38,977 nucleotides of DNA, taken from positions 1-38,977 of the forward strand of contig JBDKUN010000013.1 in NCBI GenBank assembly GCA_039679675.1, written 5' to 3'. This document shows, piece by piece, positions 35,666 to 38,977 of this stretch (positions are counted from its first letter, which is position 1; every line of letters begins with the position of its first letter). The translations under genes were made by a program, and so were the position numbers. This DNA comes from Armatimonadota bacterium. Lineage in GTDB: Bacteria; Armatimonadota; UBA5829; DTLH01. Below the pieces are notes generated by a model. It searched no databases and was not told the origin of the DNA. It worked only from the letters and a program-made list of their open reading frames with translations.

Positions 35666-37345
35666 TTATACCTCGGTGAAAACGGGGATAATCATCGGGC
35701 GGCGGCCCGTGGTCACGTGGAGATACTTGCCTAGCGCGCTTCTCATAGCAGGTTTGATGGCATCCCACTGGGTCACGCCGTCGGCCATCATCTCGTCGGC
35801 CTTACGGAGCATTACTTCCTTCGCTTCGTCCATAATCTCTTCTTCATGCTCAGGGATTACGAACCCTCTGGAGACAATATCCGGGCCGGAGATGATCTTT
35901 CCGGTGGATTTGTCGATAGTCCCGACAACTACGATGACCCCGTCCTGCGACAGGTGCCGCCGGTCTCTTAAAACGACATCGGTCACATCGCCGACGCCCA
36001 TTCCATCGACCATAACGCTGCCGTACTGGTCGATCTTACCGGCGATCTGCCCGCCTTCCTTGTCGATTTCCAGAATGTCGCCTATTTCGAGCCCAATCAC
36101 GCTATCGGATTCGTAGCCCATACCCTCTGCGAGCTCGACATACTTGGCAAAATGCCTCGGCTCGCCGTGGACAGGTATTATGTAGCTCGGTCTGAGGAGG
36201 CTGAGCATCAGCCGCAGGTCTCCCTGGTTGCCGTGGCCCGAAACGTGGACCTGGGCGATTGCATCGTAGATGACTTTCGCGCCCTGCCTGAACAGGTTGT
36301 TGATCGTCCTCATTACGAGGTCTTCATTGCCAGGAATAGGTGTTGCGGAGATGATTACGGTATCGCCGGGGCCGATTTTTATCTTCTTATGCTCGTCCAT
36401 CGCCATACGGGTAAGCGCGGAGAGCGGTTCACCCTGGCTGCCGGTCGTCATGATGACTACATCTTTCTGATCGACAGACGAAAGCTCGGAAAGCGTTATG
36501 CTGGTGTCATCTGGGATCTTAAGGTACCCAAGCTGCGCAGCAATCTCGCTGTTTCTTGCCATACTGCGGCCGATTACGAGCACTTTCTTGCCATAGCGGT
36601 GGGCTGCGTCGAAGACTTCCTGCATCCGGTGGATGTTGGATGCAAATGTTGCGATGATAATCCGCCCGTCTGCCTCGGCAAATGCTTCATTCAGCGCATC
36701 TCTCACAACCGTTTCGCTCGGAGTATAACCCTTTTTCTCTACATTAGTAGAGTCGGTCATCATCGCAAGCACGCCTTCATCACCGATCTGTGCGAACCGT
36801 GCAGCATCTATGGTAAGCCCGGATGTGGGAGTGTAATCGAACTTAAAATCGCTTGTGTAAACTATCGTCCCGGCGGGAGTCCTGATGGCAAGCCCGGTGG
36901 CATCCGGTATACTGTGGCTGACGCGGACGAACTCCGCCTCGAAGCTCCTCTTGAACTTGACTACATCTCCGGACTTGACCTCGTTCATATTGACCGACTC
37001 AGCCAGACCGTGTTCTTCGAGCTTTGCTTGAATGAGGCCGAGAGTCAGGCGGCTTCCCCAGATCGGCACATCCATCTGGTTCAATATATAAGGCAGCGCG
37101 CCGATGTGGTCCTCATGCCCGTGCGTCAGGATTATCCCGACGACTTTTTTCCTGTTTTCCAGAAGATAGCTGATGTCCGGGATGACTATATCCACCCCGA
37201 GCATTTCGTCTTCGGGGAACATAAGCCCGGCGTCGACTACAAGAATATCATTGCCGTATCTGATGGCGAACATGTTCTTGCCTATTTCGCCTACGCCGCC
37301 GAGCGGGATGATTTGCAGTGGTTTAGGATTGTCTGATATACGCAT
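35666..37345 (-). CDS. rnj: Ribonuclease J
   Basis: PLGGVGEIGKN, THGHEDHIG, TGSQGEP, HVSGH and PVHGE. Confidence 0.95.
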   Translation of the reverse strand: MRISDNPKPLQIIPLGGVGEIGKNMFAIRYGNDILVVDAGLMFPEDEMLGVDIVIPDISYLLENRKKVVGIILTHGHEDHIGALPYILNQMDVPIWGSRLTLGLIQAKLEEHGLAESVNMNEVKSGDVVKFKRSFEAEFVRVSHSIPDATGLAIRTPAGTIVYTSDFKFDYTPTSGLTIDAARFAQIGDEGVLAMMTDSTNVEKKGYTPSETVVRDALNEAFAEADGRIIIATFASNIHRMQEVFDAAHRYGKKVLVIGRSMARNSEIAAQLGYLKIPDDTSITLSELSSVDQKDVVIMTTGSQGEPLSALTRMAMDEHKKIKIGPGDTVIISATPIPGNEDLVMRTINNLFRQGAKVIYDAIAQVHVSGHGNQGDLRLMLSLLRPSYIIPVHGEPRHFAKYVELAEGMGYESDSVIGLEIGDILEIDKEGGQIAGKIDQYGSVMVDGMGVGDVTDVVLRDRRHLSQDGVIVVVGTIDKSTGKIISGPDIVSRGFVIPEHEEEIMDEAKEVMLRKADEMMADGVTQWDAIKPAMRSALGKYLHVTTGRRPMIIPVFTEV

Positions 37346-37385
37346 GTCGGTTTTAGTATACAGCAGGATTTTTGTTATCGCATGA

Positions 37386-38678
37386 CTACAGCTTGAGCAT
37401 TTCGGGCTTGAGCAATATCGTCTGCTCGCGGCCGCGACCTACGGAAACCAGCACTACTGGCACTCCAACAGCTTCCGATATGCGCTTTATGTAATTCTGT
37501 GCGTTTACGGGAAGGTCCTCATAGCTTCTCGCGCCGCTAATGTCCTCTTTCCAGCCGGGCAGCTCTTCGTAGACCGGTTTGCACTGTCCGAGTTTAACCG
37601 GATCGGTCGGGAAGTCCGCGACTCTCTCGCCGTTCAGGTCGTAAGCCGTGCATACACAGATTTTGTCGAGCCCGGAGAGCACATCCATCGATATTAATGC
37701 GATGCCGTCGACTGCGCTGACGAGTGATGAAAGCCTTACAGCCACTGCGTCGAACCAGCCGCATCTTCTAGGGCGGCCTGTGGTCGTCCCATACTCCTTG
37801 CCGCGTTCGCGGAGATAGTTTCCGGTCTCATTCTCAAGCTCTGTCGGGAACCAGCCCTCTCCAACGCGGGTCGTGTAGGACTTCGCAACGCCGATCACTT
37901 TACCGATCATAGTTGGGCCGACTCCGGTCCCGATGCAGGCGCCGCCTGCTATCGTGTGAGACGAAGTGACATAAGGATATGTGCCGTGGTCGATGTCGAG
38001 AAGCGTGCCGTGTGCGCCTTCGAAGACGATTCTCTTGCCTGCTTTGGCCTCTCTATGGAGCATATGGGTCGTATCGGCAACGAACGGCGCGATCCGCTCC
38101 GCGTAAGCAGAGTACTCAGCGAAAATATCGTCTTCCGAAAGCGGTTCGTGCTCGTATACCTTCGTCAGGATCTCGTTTTTCACGCGGAGAACCTGAGAAA
38201 GCTTCTTGCGGAACTGTTCCGGGTCGATAAGCTCGGATATTCTGATCCCTATGCGGGAAATTTTGTCTGCGTAGCAGGGCCCTATGCCCCGGCCGGTCGT
38301 TCCGATCTTGCGGTCGCCCTTCTTGCCTTCCTCCAGGTGATCGAAAAGCTTATGGTAAGGCATGATGACATGTGCATTGCCGCTGATCTTCAGGCTCTTG
38401 CCGTTATACCCTCTTGCGGTCAGAGAATCGAGCTCTTCGACCAGGACTGATGGGTCAATTACCACACCGTCGGCGATTATGCTGGTTACACCTTTGTTCA
38501 GCGCGCCCACAGGGAGCGTATGGAACTTGAAGATCTCCCCATCTATCACTACTGTATGTCCGGCGTTGTTTCCGCCGTTATACCTCACGACTATATCAGC
38601 ATTCTGGGAGACGTAGTCTACGACTTTGCCTTTGGCTTCGTCGCCCCACTGCATACCTACCACGACTATACTTGGCAT
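37386..38678 (-). CDS. purA: Adenylosuccinate synthetase
   Basis: QWGDEAKGK, GGNNAGHT, IGTTGRGIGP and EYGTTTGRPRRCGWFD. Confidence 0.96.
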   Translation of the reverse strand: MPSIVVVGMQWGDEAKGKVVDYVSQNADIVVRYNGGNNAGHTVVIDGEIFKFHTLPVGALNKGVTSIIADGVVIDPSVLVEELDSLTARGYNGKSLKISGNAHVIMPYHKLFDHLEEGKKGDRKIGTTGRGIGPCYADKISRIGIRISELIDPEQFRKKLSQVLRVKNEILTKVYEHEPLSEDDIFAEYSAYAERIAPFVADTTHMLHREAKAGKRIVFEGAHGTLLDIDHGTYPYVTSSHTIAGGACIGTGVGPTMIGKVIGVAKSYTTRVGEGWFPTELENETGNYLRERGKEYGTTTGRPRRCGWFDAVAVRLSSLVSAVDGIALISMDVLSGLDKICVCTAYDLNGERVADFPTDPVKLGQCKPVYEELPGWKEDISGARSYEDLPVNAQNYIKRISEAVGVPVVLVSVGRGREQTILLKPEMLKL

Positions 38679-38818
38679 TTAGAAACTCCTGAGAGCACGT
38701 TTCAACAATTGGATTCAACAAGCTGAGTATGACCTTACGCTGCTGGATTCGAAACACGCTATAAGTGGAATGAATAGCTAGCTCTGGACCTTTGATTTTG
38801 CGACCAGTACCAGCAGGC

Positions 38819-38847
38819 AGTATAACAAAATGAGAGTTCCGTGTCAA
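38819..38847 (-). promoter_or_regulatory. Near-consensus sigma70 promoter of purA-rnj
   Basis: Minus strand TTGACA (38847-38842), 17 nt, TATACT (38824-38819), with TGn extension. Confidence 0.75.
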
Positions 38848-38852
38848 ACCGC

Positions 38853-38977
38853 CGCGTTGCCTCATCTAAAATCGTACCGAAAGTGATTCGTTGCCTCATT
38901 TAAGAATCGTACCGAAAGGTTGATATGCCGATGCTGTTTTTGTAGGAGGAAACGCATCGATGACCCAGCAAGCAAAG
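38853..38977 (+). mobile_element. Second copy of the element end; ORF start at 38960 (MTQQAK...) runs off the window
   Basis: Exact inverted copy of 2-126. AGGAGG at 38944-38949, tandem ~30-bp repeats. Confidence 0.7.

Noticed and set aside
36152..37336. 394-aa plus-strand ORF
   Set aside because: Antisense shadow of rnj.
1..38977. Whole window as a linear plasmid/phage with terminal inverted repeats, or as a composite transposon
   Set aside because: The content is core chromosomal (metG, prs, pth, purA, rpsU) with no replication or virion genes. The repeats end mid-ORF, which fits contig breaks at independent insertions.

Overview
Bacterial chromosomal segment. Its gene order is Terrabacteria/Firmicutes-like, and an Armatimonadota-type genome is plausible but only an inference. 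Most of it is housekeeping: malic enzyme, metG, ricT/PSP1, mtaB-hit-rpsU-yqeY-pgpH-ybeY-dgkA-corC, glmU-prs-pth, rnj and purA. Accessory genes are interspersed: a GH130 phosphorylase, a Phd-VapC toxin-antitoxin pair, an AraC-regulated glycyl-radical enzyme with its activase, a single-chain restriction-modification enzyme and stress genes. A c-di-AMP riboswitch precedes an NlpC/P60 gene. The most striking signal is at the two window ends. They carry the same 125-bp element end in inverted orientation, with an internal ~30-bp tandem repeat, an RBS and an ORF start (MTQQAK) reading outward. In both cases the element stops exactly 5 bp upstream of a TTGACA -35 box of a host sigma70 promoter, suggesting a promoter-targeting mobile element. 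Several intergenic regions contain recurring, nested hairpin modules: CGTC-type REPs and a GCTTCGG...GTCCGAAGCAA motif with covarying stems.
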